Source: Pavona decussata
Lineage: Eukaryota
DNA: 64,000 nt
Direction: 5' to 3'
NCBI GenBank assembly: GCA_977016875.1
Contig: CDRNST010000051.1
Span: 5,394,001-5,458,000 of the forward strand
Every line of letters begins with the position of its first letter. Position 1 is the stretch's first letter. Below the pieces are notes generated by a model, which was not told where the DNA came from, did not search any database, and saw only the letters and a list, made by a program, of their open reading frames with translations. Made by a program: the position numbers and the translations under genes. Positions 10,335-23,099 of this stretch are shown one piece after another.

Positions 10335-10690
10335 ACAGTACGCGCAAGATCAATAAACGCGTAAAAAAGTTCGTAAAGAATACAAAAGCAAGCGCAAAGT
10401 CAATTATCGCGTCGAATACACAAGCGCGCAAAAATGGAGTATCACGTAAACAAGTTCATAAAGAATACACGAGCAAGCGCAAAATCAATGATCGCATAGC
10501 AAGTTCATAAAGAATACACGAACACGCGGAAGATCAATAAACGCTTAAAAAAGTTCGTAAAGAATACAAAAGCAAGCGTGAAGTCAGTTATCGCGTAGAA
10601 TACACGAGCACGCGAAAATCGAGTATCGCGTAAAAAAGTTCGTAAAGAATACAAGAGGAAGGGAAAAATCAATTATCAAATAAAGAAGTT
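10335..10690. repeat. Degenerate ~30-43-bp A-rich tandem repeat inside the Merlin element
   Basis: Recurring AAGTTCGTAAAGAATACA(C/A)..AGCAAGCGCAAA..ATCGCG units. Confidence 0.8.
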
Positions 10691-11418
10691 GATTAAGTAC
10701 TCTCATTTTATGATAAGATGAAAGGAGATATTTATAAGACTAAAAGATAATTGTTTGTCATGATACATCCAAAGTACTGTTGTAAGTTATATTTTTATCT
10801 TAATGCAAGATTTGAAAGTTTGTGATGGATCAATGTTCCAGACTTTGTGTATGCAGATTTTGGGTCAAAATCCACCAATGAGAAAAGTCCTCCTGCAACT
10901 GAATGTTTCCTATGAGGTCTGCATTTTTTAGATGAACCAACCAGGAAAGATCAGGGAAAACTTCTTGAAATTTCGACCCTTTTTATTGTATCGGAATTTT
11001 CGATTTCTTCCAAGGAATTTCATCAAGGAACATAAAGAATACATTGATTCAGAAAGTTTACATTTATTCCCTTTGTTTCACAAAAGTAATATTGCCTCTT
11101 CATCATACGAGAATCTTTCTTTTCTTACTTACTGAAATAGAAAGAAAGAACGTTAGTAAAGTTCAACAGTGTGTCGACATACGTGACATACTATAATATG
11201 CTAGCTCGCAATGAATTATAGGACGATTCAAATTTTAGGTGAAGGTGCTAAAGTCCCTTTTCGTTTTGGTTTAATAAGTATGTAGAGTAAAGTTAAGTTA
11301 AAAAACTTTTGCATAACCTGTTGGTAACCTGTCGGTAAGCTGTTGGTAACCTGTCGGTAGTCTGTCGGCCAACAGTCAACCGACAGTTGATGGAGGTGAG
11401 CTGTTCTTCACTTTTACC

Positions 11419-11675
11419 CAAGCTTCAAGTAATGTGCGTTTTTGAGGGTGACTAATTGTGGAGATCCCAAATCTTCAGCACACTCGAAAGCTTAATGTTC
11501 AACATTCTAGGCAAGCGATCGATCCTAAAACTCATTCCCACATACTTCCTTTGAGTTTTAGGATCAATCACTTTCCTAGATGTTTTATGTTTAACATTAT
11601 TAGCTTTTGAGTGTGCTGATGATTTGGGATCTCCAAAATTAGTCACCCTCAAAAATGCACGTTACTTGAAGTTTG
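11419..11675. mobile_element. Fold-back MITE with ~75-bp inverted arms, directly abutting the Merlin right TIR
   Basis: CAAGCTTCAAGTAATGTGCGTTTTTGAGGGTGACTAATT..GGAGATCCCAAATC..CAGCACACTC has a near-perfect reverse complement ending at 11675. Confidence 0.8.
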
Positions 11676-12635
11676 AACTGACAAAAGTTCAGAGAGGATG
11701 AATCTGCCACAGAATTGTAGAAACTTTCCTAAGCTTATTGCTTGTTACAAACGTTGGTCACCAAGAAATCTACAAAAGAATAGTTCATTTGGCTTTCGAT
11801 AGTCCGAACACGTCACCTTTCAAACATGTCACACCCAATGAGAATTCAAATAGAAGTAGCTGGAATGATTACATTGAACTTCGTGTGCTTCAATTACTTA
11901 TTTTTCTAAAGTTTTTAATGACTCAAAGGGCTATTGATAATACCCAAGCATACAATATGTATGGGCTTTAACATTGAAAAGGTTGTCACTTGACATGCAA
12001 AATGTTTGCACTTTGTTCACCACCATCACCAGCATGTAAGCTTTGCTTTGATCTTTAACGGTCGGCGCCGTTGTAAATTCTTCAGGGATTGAAATCATTG
12101 TAAATCTAATGCATTCAGATGCTCCATAAATCTGTACTTATCCCATTTCGATTTGAGAACTCCAATCCATTTGTCCGTCTTCTCCTGAAGAATAACCTTT
12201 ATGCCAGGTTTTGCTGCTTTGAAAATGCGACTGATATCACTGTCCATAAGTGGTGTTTCCCCGTCTAAAACAAGGAGTTTCTTCGACAGTCTTATTGCGC
12301 TTGTGCACGTTGTTTGAGCACACCAATCAATGACAAAAGAGGCCGTATCAAATCTGACCTATTTAAGAATTTCCCAAATTGCAATGAAGACTTTAGCAAC
12401 TGAGTGCACCGCGAACCGGCAGGATGTCGAAGGTTTGATTTATCTCACAACCGCGTGCTCTCTCAGTGTAATGTTTCACATTAGAAATTCATCCAATCAA
12501 ATCGTTTCTAGTCTCACTCAATGGCAGCACTATTGTTTTTAGACCAATCGTGTCTCTGTATCCAGCGATGCATGGGGGCTGAGAGCAAGAGGCACAGCAT
12601 TGAAACGAGGCTGCCTAGGCGCTCAGATATGAACA

Positions 12636-13462
12636 TGGCTTCAGCTGCGTTGAGAGCTGTTAAGAGCTCATGGTTTTGTCCGAATGTTTTATTTGGTGCT
12701 CCACCAAGGGAAACTTAAAAGGACACATGACAAAAATGCACATGGAGAATTCTTCTGGAGAATCCTTAGAAGAAAATTCATCCAAATTCATATTTTTGGA
12801 CAGAGACATTTCTGAAGAGGAACACATCAGCGAGAACGACGATCACGTACTGTTATCAAGTTTGAAAGAGAAGGATTCTGATTTAGAAGAAGTGAAATCT
12901 TCAGGGCAACCTTCGGAAGAAAAAATCGAAGATGAGATGGTATATCTTCAACCCCACAGTTATGATACAACCATTGATGCGCTCTATGCTAAACTAAGCA
13001 CGGACTTCCTCGCAAACAACACAAAGAGAGCCGATGTGCAGACTTCGACCTGTTAGCAAGCGGATGACTTTAACTCCAATTCGGAAACTGAAAGTTGTGG
13101 AACTATCTCCGAGAATTCTATTATTTGGTCTTTGGATGAGGATATTGTAGATTCAGATAGTGATGACAACAGAGAGGATGGTCCGATTTTTGAAGGTTTG
13201 CTGTGACTTATGAGGAACACTTGATCGCAATTATGCCGTTAGCTACACGACATAATCTAAACCTAGCACAACTGTCAGACCTAATCGAAGTAATCAAACT
13301 GCACTGTCCAAAGGGTGGATTGTCTGTTAGTTCTGGGAAAGCTTTGTACAAAGAAATAGCTGGCGAAGTGAAGATGAGATATCATGAAGTTTGCGAAGAC
13401 TGTTTCGGGTTATTTCCGGAGGATACCAGTGTATATCGTTGTTCATCAACAGGATGTTCAGG
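12636..13462 (+). pseudogene. 5' exon of a probable CACTA/EnSpm-type transposase: C2H2 finger, acidic linker and Cys-rich segment
   Basis: A frameshifted C-x2-C..KGNLKGHMTKMH finger, an acidic tract, then LATRHNLNLAQLSDLIEVIKLHCP..YHEVCEDC..RCSSTGCSG ending at a GT donor (13463). Confidence 0.5.
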
Positions 13463-14182
13463 GTAAATATCTTGTCAATGTGAAACATTATTTGTCCTTG
13501 AAATTAACCATATACACTGCAGCTGTAGAGTCTAACATTTTTATGGCCTAGTATGGAACAACTTTGCATTAGTGATGTAGGTTAAAATGAATTTCTGGTC
13601 AAAATGATTTGAAACTGGTTTCATTTGTTTTTTCTTTTTATTCCAGATTTATTACCATTATTGAAATTCCTTTTTAACCATAACATAAAAGGTTCTGTGT
13701 AGCTTCAATTCATTTTACCATTGTGAAGGACGTGAAAAAATCTTTCCGGGAAAAGCATTGCCCACGTCATAAATTAACTGATAAAAAGATGAAGAAATTG
13801 CTAAATCGTATAGCTACGTTTGTTAAACTATCCTCGAATACTATTAGTTGATAGTGACAAGGAAACCCATTTAAAAACCTTCCACTAACAACAAGCTATC
13901 ATCAAATCAAACTTACGCGCGTGGCATTTACTTAACGGGTGTAAATTTGGCAAAAATGAATTGACTTCAAGAGTCTATGCTACAATGATGCACAGCAAAC
14001 AACTCGGAAAATGTGTAGAGAGCGCGCTCCCGTCCACACTGAAAAAACATGTCAGGTCTCGAGTATACTAAATTGAAAACATCATGTGCAAATAACGGAC
14101 AAATCAAAACGGGAAAACTATGAAAACTATGATTTGTTTAAATCTCACAACACAAAAAAATGTGAATTAACGTCCTTACAAT

Positions 14183-17100
14183 CTAAGAACGTTTTCGCAC
14201 AAATTCTTCAAGAGTTGGCCGTTTGGTCGGGTCAGGACCAAGGGCACCATTCTTGGCCAAGGTCAGTTCAGCACTACTTAACTGAAGGCGCGATTTCTCC
14301 TTACAAAGAAATTCGACCACCTTTGCAAATGAATAAGTGTCACTGGCAACACTTGGAGCCCCGTCATTCACTAGTTCCGGAGCCGTGTACCCATACTTTT
14401 TTAAATGCTTTTGTTGCTCTTCTTCGGGCAGACATCGAGAGCGCTTTTTGGCCTCTTCGATCCACAAAATTTTGCCAAAGTCGATTATCACGGGGTTAAA
14501 ATCTTCTCCCCTCTTCTCTAAAACCACGTTGTTTGGTTTTAGGTCATTGTGAATTACTCCATGGGAATGCACAAAGATGAGGGCGTCCCCAACATGGCCC
14601 ACCACGTTCATCCACGCACTGTTGCTTATTGCTCGATGCTGCTCGTCACAAAGGTAAACTTCTGCTTTTGTCCCCGTGGAACTGCAGGACGGGGCGAAAT
14701 AGGTGATCTTTTGTTTGGATCCCAAACAGAAGCGGCAAACCAGAGTGGTTCCCAAGGCTGGACAAAATGTTCGCCTCGTGCAAGGCCTCTCTTTTCAGCT
14801 TCTTCATTTCTGCCTTTCCCATTCCCCTGCTTTTTAGCTCTTTTTATTATTATTATTATTATTATTATTGTTATTATTATTATACAATATTTCCCTTACA
14901 TTTACAATACGTACAATACAATACAATATTAACATGCCAATAGGAGACTATGTTAAAAACTATTTAGTTAGATTAATTACAACAAATTTCAGTACTTTAG
15001 GTAACATCCTACAGTTTACATGTACCTTTTTCACCACAGTTCTACTAAATGTTACACTACTTATAAAGACGAAGCTAAGAGAAACACCACTAACAGATAC
15101 GCTATTACTTAATAAGGCTAAGAAAAAAATAACTTACACCAAAAGTGGAACATGAAGGAATCTTAAAATAAAGGGCCAAGAAATATAGGGCTAAAGCAGT
15201 TATTATTATTAGTTTTTAATTAAAGGAGAACCTTCAAATCATTCAAGTATAATAGTGTGTTTTATGGGTTGTTGAAAGGAAAGATTAAGGAGTTATAATG
15301 ACGGAAAAATTTGGTGCCACTTCTGCTGGAAGGCGTTTTGTGTTCCTGTAAGAATAGAAACATGTTTTTCTATTTTTAAATTACACCTAACTTGATTAAG
15401 ATATTCAATAAACGATGGTTTAACGTTCTTGTATTTGCAGGAGTAAATGTAATAACTGCCAAGAAGTAAACAATGATTCAATAAAGAGGCGTTTTTATCT
15501 CCTTTAAGACCTAAACATTGGCATAAAGTTAAAACTTGTGAGGCTGGAATTAAATCAGCGGAGATGAAAAATAGTTCAACACTATTCCAAAAGGCCTGTG
15601 TGATCGGGCACTCCCAGAAAAGATGAAGCATTGTTTCTTGTGCTGTTTGACAGAAGCAACAGAGATTTGTTTCCGAAAGTTTAATTTTATACAGAAATGA
15701 ATTTGTAGCGATTCTCCCATGGAGAAATTTGAACTGGAAGTTCCTTAGTTTCGTACTAACTGTACATAACCTAGGCAGTAGATAAATTGACTCCCAGTCC
15801 AAGTTCTCCACGTTTTCAAGTTCACAGTTCTTTTGGGTCCTTTCAGGGCGAGTACATTTTTTATTGATGAGGATTTTGTAGGCTGCCTGACTTGGTTTAT
15901 TTGTCGAGTTTAGTATGTGAGGTACATTATCTGGAATTTATTCTTGCAATGTCAATTTTAGAGAACTCATAGCACTCCTAATTGCCGAAGTTACTGCACA
16001 GAATTCGAAGAAGGAAACAGGAAGGCCAAAGTTTGCTTTAAAAGAGCTGTAGGTTATAAACCTTGAATCACTTGTCATCAGATCATTGATTTTCAGCAAC
16101 CCCGCATCAACCCATTGTTTATAAAAGATACTCTTGCCTGCAATTCTGATCAACAAGTTAATCCAAATATGGCCAGCACTAAAATCACCTTGGGAGGGAA
16201 AGCAATCCTTATAGTTTAAGTCCGCCCACAACTCAATACGTTCTTGGGTGAAAGCATCTTTTATATTGAGATTTCGGGCATCTTTTGGTGACAAGTTACC
16301 GAGAAAAACCAACTTTCCGCCTACCTTAGATAAATGAAAATCGAAAAAACGTTTCCACTTAGATTTAGAGTCGTTTGAAAGATATTTAAGTATCCATGAG
16401 ATTTTTAAAGCCTTATTAAATTCCATTATGTGTAACATTCTTTGACCACCATCCTGGTAACCTGCTATCTTTTTAGTCCGCTTAATTTTGTCGCCCTTGT
16501 AATCCCGAAGGAATTTGAAAAGGTCATTTGTCTCTTTCAACGAATTTAAGCCAACGTAGTTGACGACATAAAATAAACAAGTTGTGATGCAGGAAGAGCC
16601 TTAATAAGTGCAATTTTATCGATCAAGGTTAATCTCTTGTTTCCCCAATTATTTAAAATTTTCCCTACCTTATGAACCTTGTCTTCATTATTTAACTTCT
16701 TACTTTCTTCATAATTAATGCAGAACCAAGCACCTAAAGCTCTAACTTTGCTATCTGCCCATTTCAGATTTATATCAGAGCATAAAAATCGGTTTGACCC
16801 TTTCTTGGAGCCAATCAAAAGAGCTTCAGTCTTTTCACAATTTACTCGTAAACCTGAAACCTCACCGAATCTTCCTAATACATAAAACGAGCGCTGAAGC
16901 GAATTTTGATTACCATCCAAAATCAGCGTGGTGTCATCTGCATATTGACTAAGCTTACATTCAGTGCTGCCTACTGTGATTCCTTTAACCTCATTATCTT
17001 TGCGAATTGTAGTTGCTAACACCTCTGCGCACAAGATAAAAATGTAAGGCGAGAGGGGACAGCCCTGCCTTACACCTCGACCCAATTCAAAGAAACCTGT

Positions 17101-17754
17101 CGACCAACCATTATTTATAACACAGCTTTGAATATCACAATAAAACAAGTTTATCCTCTTTATAAAGGAAGAACCGAAACCAAAATGATGGAATGTTTTC
17201 TCGATAAATGCCCATTCAATAGTATGCAATACTTTCTCAAAGTCAACAAAGAGAAGTACACTGGGAATGTTCTTTTACTCTGTGTATGAGATGACATTAT
17301 TAATCAAGCTCTTTTACCGTGACAGTCGTACCTCGGTATTGTGTGAGCTGAACAGTACCAAAGGTGCCTGAGTCAATAGTTTTGTCGAGTTTCACGAAGC
17401 TGTTGGGTTTGATCTCTTTTAATTCGTCCCTTTTTGGGTCGTACACTTTCTGTTGCCAGTTGATTTTACTTTTTCTGCCCGACTCTGGTTTCTAGGGTTC
17501 GCCAGGGATTCTTTGATAGCTTCTTCTATCATCTGCGGATCGAACATTTCCACCTCTTGATCTCCTGGTTCCTCCTCCGCCTCGACTTTCCTTTTAATGT
17601 TGTTTACCAATTCCTGAAATTGACTTCTACGCACCTCCTCTTGTTTGACCCGTTCTTCTTCGCTCTTTCTCTCCCTTCTACCTTTCTTTTGTTCCTTCCA
17701 AAGATTTTTGTAATAACGGCTTCTCGCCTTCTCCTTTTCTTCACCCGCATCCAT
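14183..17754 (-). pseudogene. Intronless protein kinase gene split by a LINE insertion (pieces ~17307-17754 and 14183-14844)
   Basis: 5' part: MDAGEEKEK.. (charged region), then IDSGTFGTVQLTQYRGTTVTVKE. The 3' part continues LKSRG..EALHEANIL..LPLLFG, then HNDLKPNNVV, IDFG, YTAPE, SDTYSF and KRPTLEE. Confidence 0.85.
14845..17306 (-). mobile_element. 5'-truncated L1/Tx1-clade LINE with (TAA)n tail and 9-bp TSD
   Basis: RT motifs GVRQGCPLSP and QYADD (16546..17229), and zf-RVT C-terminus CCFCQ..ETMLHLFWEC (15293..15811). TSD AGCTCTTTT at 14836-14844 and 17307-17315. Confidence 0.92.
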
Positions 17755-18039
17755 CTTAACGCTGGCAAGACTGTTACTCAAAAACGATCTATTGTCATCA
17801 CGAGGTGCACACACGAAATACATGATCTTCGCACAACCATTATTGTTTAAGAATAATTCCTTTGTTTGGCCCCTCCGTGACCTGTGGGTGAATTTCTGGT
17901 TAGTAACATCCAACGTTGACTTTGGTTGATGGATAATCAGAAGAAGTAGTGACACGCGGAGAATGCAATTCACATTTGCAAAATGGCTCCGTTCATGACC
18001 CATTGCGACTTATGTGATTTCAAATTTACAACTACTACT

Positions 18040-19003
18040 AAGAGGCTTTCTGATTCAGTAGCTACAACTGGAAGGCCATTCAAAAATGATGTCATGGTGC
18101 CTTGAACACCATTTTTAATCCGGTCATTTATATTATTAATAAACATCACTTTTGCCCCAACCTTTAACACCAACTTCTCACTTGCAATTAATCCTTTGTT
18201 TAAAAGCCTCTTGTCTCCAACATTGGTTGCCTCAAACAGAATCTGCTCACCGGGTAGTTTCCAGCACACACATATTTGCAAAATCTACATCCTCATTCAG
18301 AGGGTACACCTTTGGAATATATGAAAGTCCAGAATCACTTGGATTGAGTGGCCGAGACAGACTTTGAATTATTTCTGCAGACTGCTCACTGCACTGACCC
18401 CTGGAAATTTCCCTCAAAAGGTTCTTGAATTCCTTATCATTTTTAGCACGGAAACGTGCTTCCAGTATTACTTGATGAGGGAAAGTCAAGTCCCACACAG
18501 CACTCTCAAAGGCATATTTTCCATCGTCTACAGTATTTGGCACAGGAGGGAGCTTTAAAAAATCCCCAAAGGCCACAAGCTGGAGCCCCCCAAAAAGATA
18601 CTCTGAGTTACGAACATTCTGAGCCACATAATTTATGATTTCGAGAATTCTTTGGCTCAACATAGAAATTTCATCTATAAAGAGTACCTCTGACTCTCTC
18701 CGTCTCCTTACACATTCGTTGTCTGCCAGGACATTTCCCAGCAACATTTCCTTTGACCCTCGGCATTGACCTATCCCAGCAAAAGAATGAATTATCGTTG
18801 CTGAACACCTCTCATATAGAGTACAAGCAATTCCTGTTGTGCAAGTACAGGCAATCTCTATTTTTTTCTTAGTTAAGACTTCCAAAATTTGGCGAGCACC
18901 AAAGCTTTTTCCACAGCCGGCTATCCCACCAAAGTGTACATTGTGTCCCTTGCTCACTAGATCCAAAATTATTTGCTGTTGTTCGCTGAGGTTGCAAGCA
19001 GCA
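18040..19003 (-). pseudogene. PIF1-family helicase (truncated, frameshifted)
   Basis: Motifs GGIAGCGKS, TTGIAC, IHSFAGIG, LFIDEISML, FGGLQLVAFGDFLKLPPV, FRAKND and LKVGAKVMFINNI..IKNGVQG. Splice acceptor TATACAG at ~19004. Confidence 0.9.
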
Positions 19004-20179
19004 CTGTATAAGAAAGAAAAAAAGCATCCTATTTCTGATACTGAAAATTCACTGCATCAAAAAAGAAAAACATGATAAAGGATACAATTACATCGACAAT
19101 TTTATCAATTAAAAGACTCCTCTTAAAAAGAACGTGGCAAGATAGAAGAGAGCACATTTCCATATTAACTAAAAGGTTAACGAATTGAAATTTAAACACA
19201 TTCGCATGTACGCTCAGTTGTCCGATGGAATACAGTTATCAATTGAAAAAACGAAAAAATACGTGGAAGCCAACACAGGTTTTTAAATAAGAAATAGACA
19301 GTGAACCACTGAAATAAGCACAAACGACGAACGAGCGATAGAATCAACGTAAACAATAGCTCTTTGTCTATCTGGGGTCAACTCTGGCTTGGCAATCGTT
19401 TACCATCAAAAACATTTCAAATACTTTCTATAACGTGATGTGTACAACATCAACCTTCCCTGTCACCAACTCAAAGGGTTAACTAGGCATCTTCTAAAAA
19501 ATAAGCTAAAACATCAGTCTCACCTCTTATCGACGTCGCCAGGATCGGCTGAATAGCCATCTGAAACAGCCTCACAGGCCATCAATTGACACTGCTGCAC
19601 AACAATAACTAAAACCTTTAACCTTGAACTACTTGCCAAAATTCTGTGAAATCGTACTTGCTACCGGGAAAATCTTTCCATGTGACTGACAAATTCAAGC
19701 AATTGCGCATGTCAATTCTCTTAATTTACTTCCGATCTTGCGCACATTTACTTTACCGCGTCATTTCCGTCACCATGTGTTGCAGTGCACACCGAATAAA
19801 AGCGCTCCCTCGAATCTGTAAATTTCAGTCGCCGAAAATGAATTTGAACGCTTTCTTATGCCGTTTTCCTACAGTATTTGGCAAGTACATAACAATTGTA
19901 GATGAGGTTAGTAAAATCAGGCAATTTGATTCAATTCCATTTGAGTTTCAGGGATTCGAAAATCGGCCCCAAATTTGTTTCCTCCTTTTCCGTATTTTAT
20001 ACTGTAAGCGAATCTTGCGAGCCCTCAGCTCTTGGTTTGCGGTATACAGAATCTAACGACAAACACATCTCCTCTGGACCCTGTGAGCAACGTCTCTTGC
20101 CATTACAGTAAGCTTGTGGAATTTGGCTAGTAAAAGAAAGCAATACCAACCAATAAAACATGATTATTTATAGTGAATT

Positions 20180-22642
20180 GATCTTAAGCTGTTGTGAATC
20201 CCCAGTAGAAGTCTGCCCCTTGGGGAAGGTAGAGCCTGCACACAGGTTGTTAAATGGTGACTTTGGCACATCCACTCGTGCAAAGCGGTCTGAATAAAAA
20301 ACGGTGGAAGAACGCAATTTGTACTGAAAGGATTTGGAAGAAAATGGTCCGAGACGGATGTGGCAAGGGAACTGCCCCTGTTTTTCTATCTGCTGTTAAA
20401 ACTTGGACTGCTAGATGCAGGCAGGCTTTCCAACTCTGGAATGTTCACCTTAGCTTCTGCATCCCTGATGAAACCCGCAAACTTGAGAAAGGTAGGGTAA
20501 CTAGCTTCACCGTGGGTGTCTCCAATGATTAACTGCATCCCTCCATTTAGTCTCTAAGTAGTGGGGAAGTTTAGCACATAGCTTCACGTTTTCTTTTGCA
20601 TAATCCAGTACAGAAAGTGCTGGAATGTTTTCCTTGGCAGCTAAGACTTTATCAGGAAGATCAGAATATTCTCTCAGAGCAACAGCATCCTTAGGACCTA
20701 TCTTTGGCCATTTATCTAACTTGTTGATGAAGGCTGTGCTAACAACATTGCAATTTCCATATCTTTCCTGCAGTACGGACTTGGCTTTCTTGTAAGCATC
20801 TTCTGTTCTGATCAGAAGATAGTGTTCCACAACTTGTTTTGGCTTTCCTGATACATACTGATTCAACATATTGAACTTGATGTCTGCCTCTAATGGTCTC
20901 GAGTTAATTAGAGCATTGAAGGCACTTTTCCAAACTGGGAATTGCAGGGGGTCACCGCTAAAAATTGGAATGGTAATCTTTGGAAGCTGTCCAGAAACAA
21001 ACTATTGTTTGCTCACAGTACTTTATTCTAAGTTAGCTTCAGTTAACTTGTCAATACATTTTTCTTAGTGATGATGCTACCTTCCTACCTACCTACCTTC
21101 ACTGAAAGAGTTTGCTTGACCTTGAGGATGAACAGACTGATAGCTTGAAGGTGATGCAACAACTGCTGACATAATTGGTGATGGACTACTAAAAGGAATA
21201 GTTACAGGAGGATCACCTCTTGTTGGTGTGACAGTTTGAGAACTAGGCACTTCTCCCTGAGTGGGAAGGCTATGACTATGTTCAAAATGGCGAACAGTGA
21301 ATACTGAGTTTGTTACAGCTGCTGGAGAGAACGATGGAGCTGTTGCCCGCAAACTACGTGTGGTTGACTTAGGTGTGGATGTAGTTGTTAAAACTGTCGC
21401 TAGAGAAACTTGGGTGTGGGACTGAACTGACGTGGAGACCACATTAGCACTGGTAGGTACTGGAAGAGATTGTAAGAACCTTTTAACTCCTTCGCCCTTA
21501 CTATAAGAAGGAAGAGTAGCTAAGTCTTCATCCTGAAGCGATGGTGTTTGCTCCTTTTCAATCTCTTCGCATACACTTAACTTGGCTCTGCTTAGTTCAA
21601 GCTCCATCTTCAGTCTGAGCTCTTCCAGTTTTTGTTCCTGCATTAACTTCTCTCTCTAGTTTTACAGCTTTTTCTTGCTCCACAAACGCTAACTTGACCT
21701 TTAAGGCCGCTTCTTCCTGTTGTAGCTTGTACTTATCTACCTTGGTTGAAAGTACAGTATCCACACTTGATTTTGGTTTTGGTCAATTTACTCTTCTTGG
21801 AACCCTTAGAATTGACAGAACCAGAGTCCAGTGCTGTTTGTTCCAAGTATCTAATTTCATCCCTCACATCCCTTTCAAAACTAGACCACTCACCACCAGC
21901 TTGCTCCCAGATGTACCTCACGTTCGCTAACTCCTCATCTTGAACAACTTCTCTGATTTCGTTATACGCATGCGTGAATTCACTCCACAGAACTTGAGCT
22001 CTACTAAATTCCTGCTTCCAAGTTGATAATTCATTACACTGTCCTCGAATCAACAACGTATTCCTTAGTGTTCCTGTAAACGTAGACCTTTTAGACTTGA
22101 ATGATTGAACTTTGATTTCAGTTTCATAGTACCGACCCTTTTCAGTTAGCTTTCTGCTACGAACTTCAACCATTTGCTCACCATTTTCCAGTTCACTAAA
22201 TGCCTCAACTTCGGCACCCTCCGTTAACTCCGTAAGTTTAACAATTAAACGCGATGAATTCTCGCAAACGTCTTCTTCAGCATCCATTACGAAGTTGTCA
22301 CTGCCAGCAACAAAGTCATTACGGTAGAATTAAACTTCACTAAGAACCACAACTGGACTTGTTATTTCAACCGCATCTTCCGTGAGTTGTTATTGTGCCT
22401 GCCTGCGCACATCAAACTTATAACATCCGAAGGAGTTTCGACAAGCAAGACTGATTGTTATTCGTAAAGCCTTTTACTTAAGATAACAACTCAGACGGCC
22501 TTTCACACATGTGGATGATGAAAGATTACACGGATAAAGACCAAACAAAATCACACTCGTGATGAAAACGAAAACATAGCGGCTACGAGCCAGGAAGAGC
22601 GGTCACCAAGCAAATTGGGGACATGCATCCGCTGACCTTACA
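20180..22642 (-). mobile_element. BEL/Pao LTR retrotransposon, 5' fragment (probable LTR plus decayed gag)
   Basis: RSRKLTEKG (21733..22287), FSGDPLQFPVWKSAFNALI (~20910-20970) and LNQYVSGKPKQVV..AKSVLQERYG..KLP..W (20507..20869). Possible LTR start TGTAAGG at 22642. No pol seen. Confidence 0.8.
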
Positions 22643-23099
22643 AAAATATTACTGCAGTACTGCTGTAGTAACAACAATAGCAATAAAATGTTGTGTATTT
22701 CTCTATTAAAAAATTTTATTATTGTGTATCTCCATACAGTATACTAAAAAACTCAAATGGTTTCTGACTTTATTTTTAAATGAGTCCGACAAAGGTATAA
22801 TTTCTGTTCAAACTTCATAACACCATGATTTGCAACAATTATTGTCCCAATAGCAAACTTGTGAAAACATGCATGACCAATAAAGGTCTTGATATTTCCT
22901 ATTATATTTCTTGTTAAAAATAAGCATGTTGAGCTTTTTACAGCACTCATAATAATATTGCACTTATGAGTGTTGTGAAATTTTCCGTTGGTGTCTCACA
23001 TTAATTATCTGGTCAGTATTAAACAGAATTATGAAAAAAGTTTCCTCAGTTACCGGTCGCACTTCTATCACACCATCCTGTATTACAATTATTGTTGTT

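Larger units (their letters stand above)
8086..11418. mobile_element. Merlin (IS1595/ISXO2-like) DNA transposon with two divergent genes
   Basis: 28-bp perfect TIR GGTAAAAGTGAAGAACAGCTCACCTCCA at both ends, ~12-bp CTGTCGGTAA-type subterminal repeats (8120-8315, 11315-11390), and an internal IS1595-type transposase. No TSD recognisable. Confidence 0.85.

Noticed and set aside
18040-19003. Autonomous Helitron
   Set aside because: No HUH/Rep motifs or Helitron termini were found next to the helicase.
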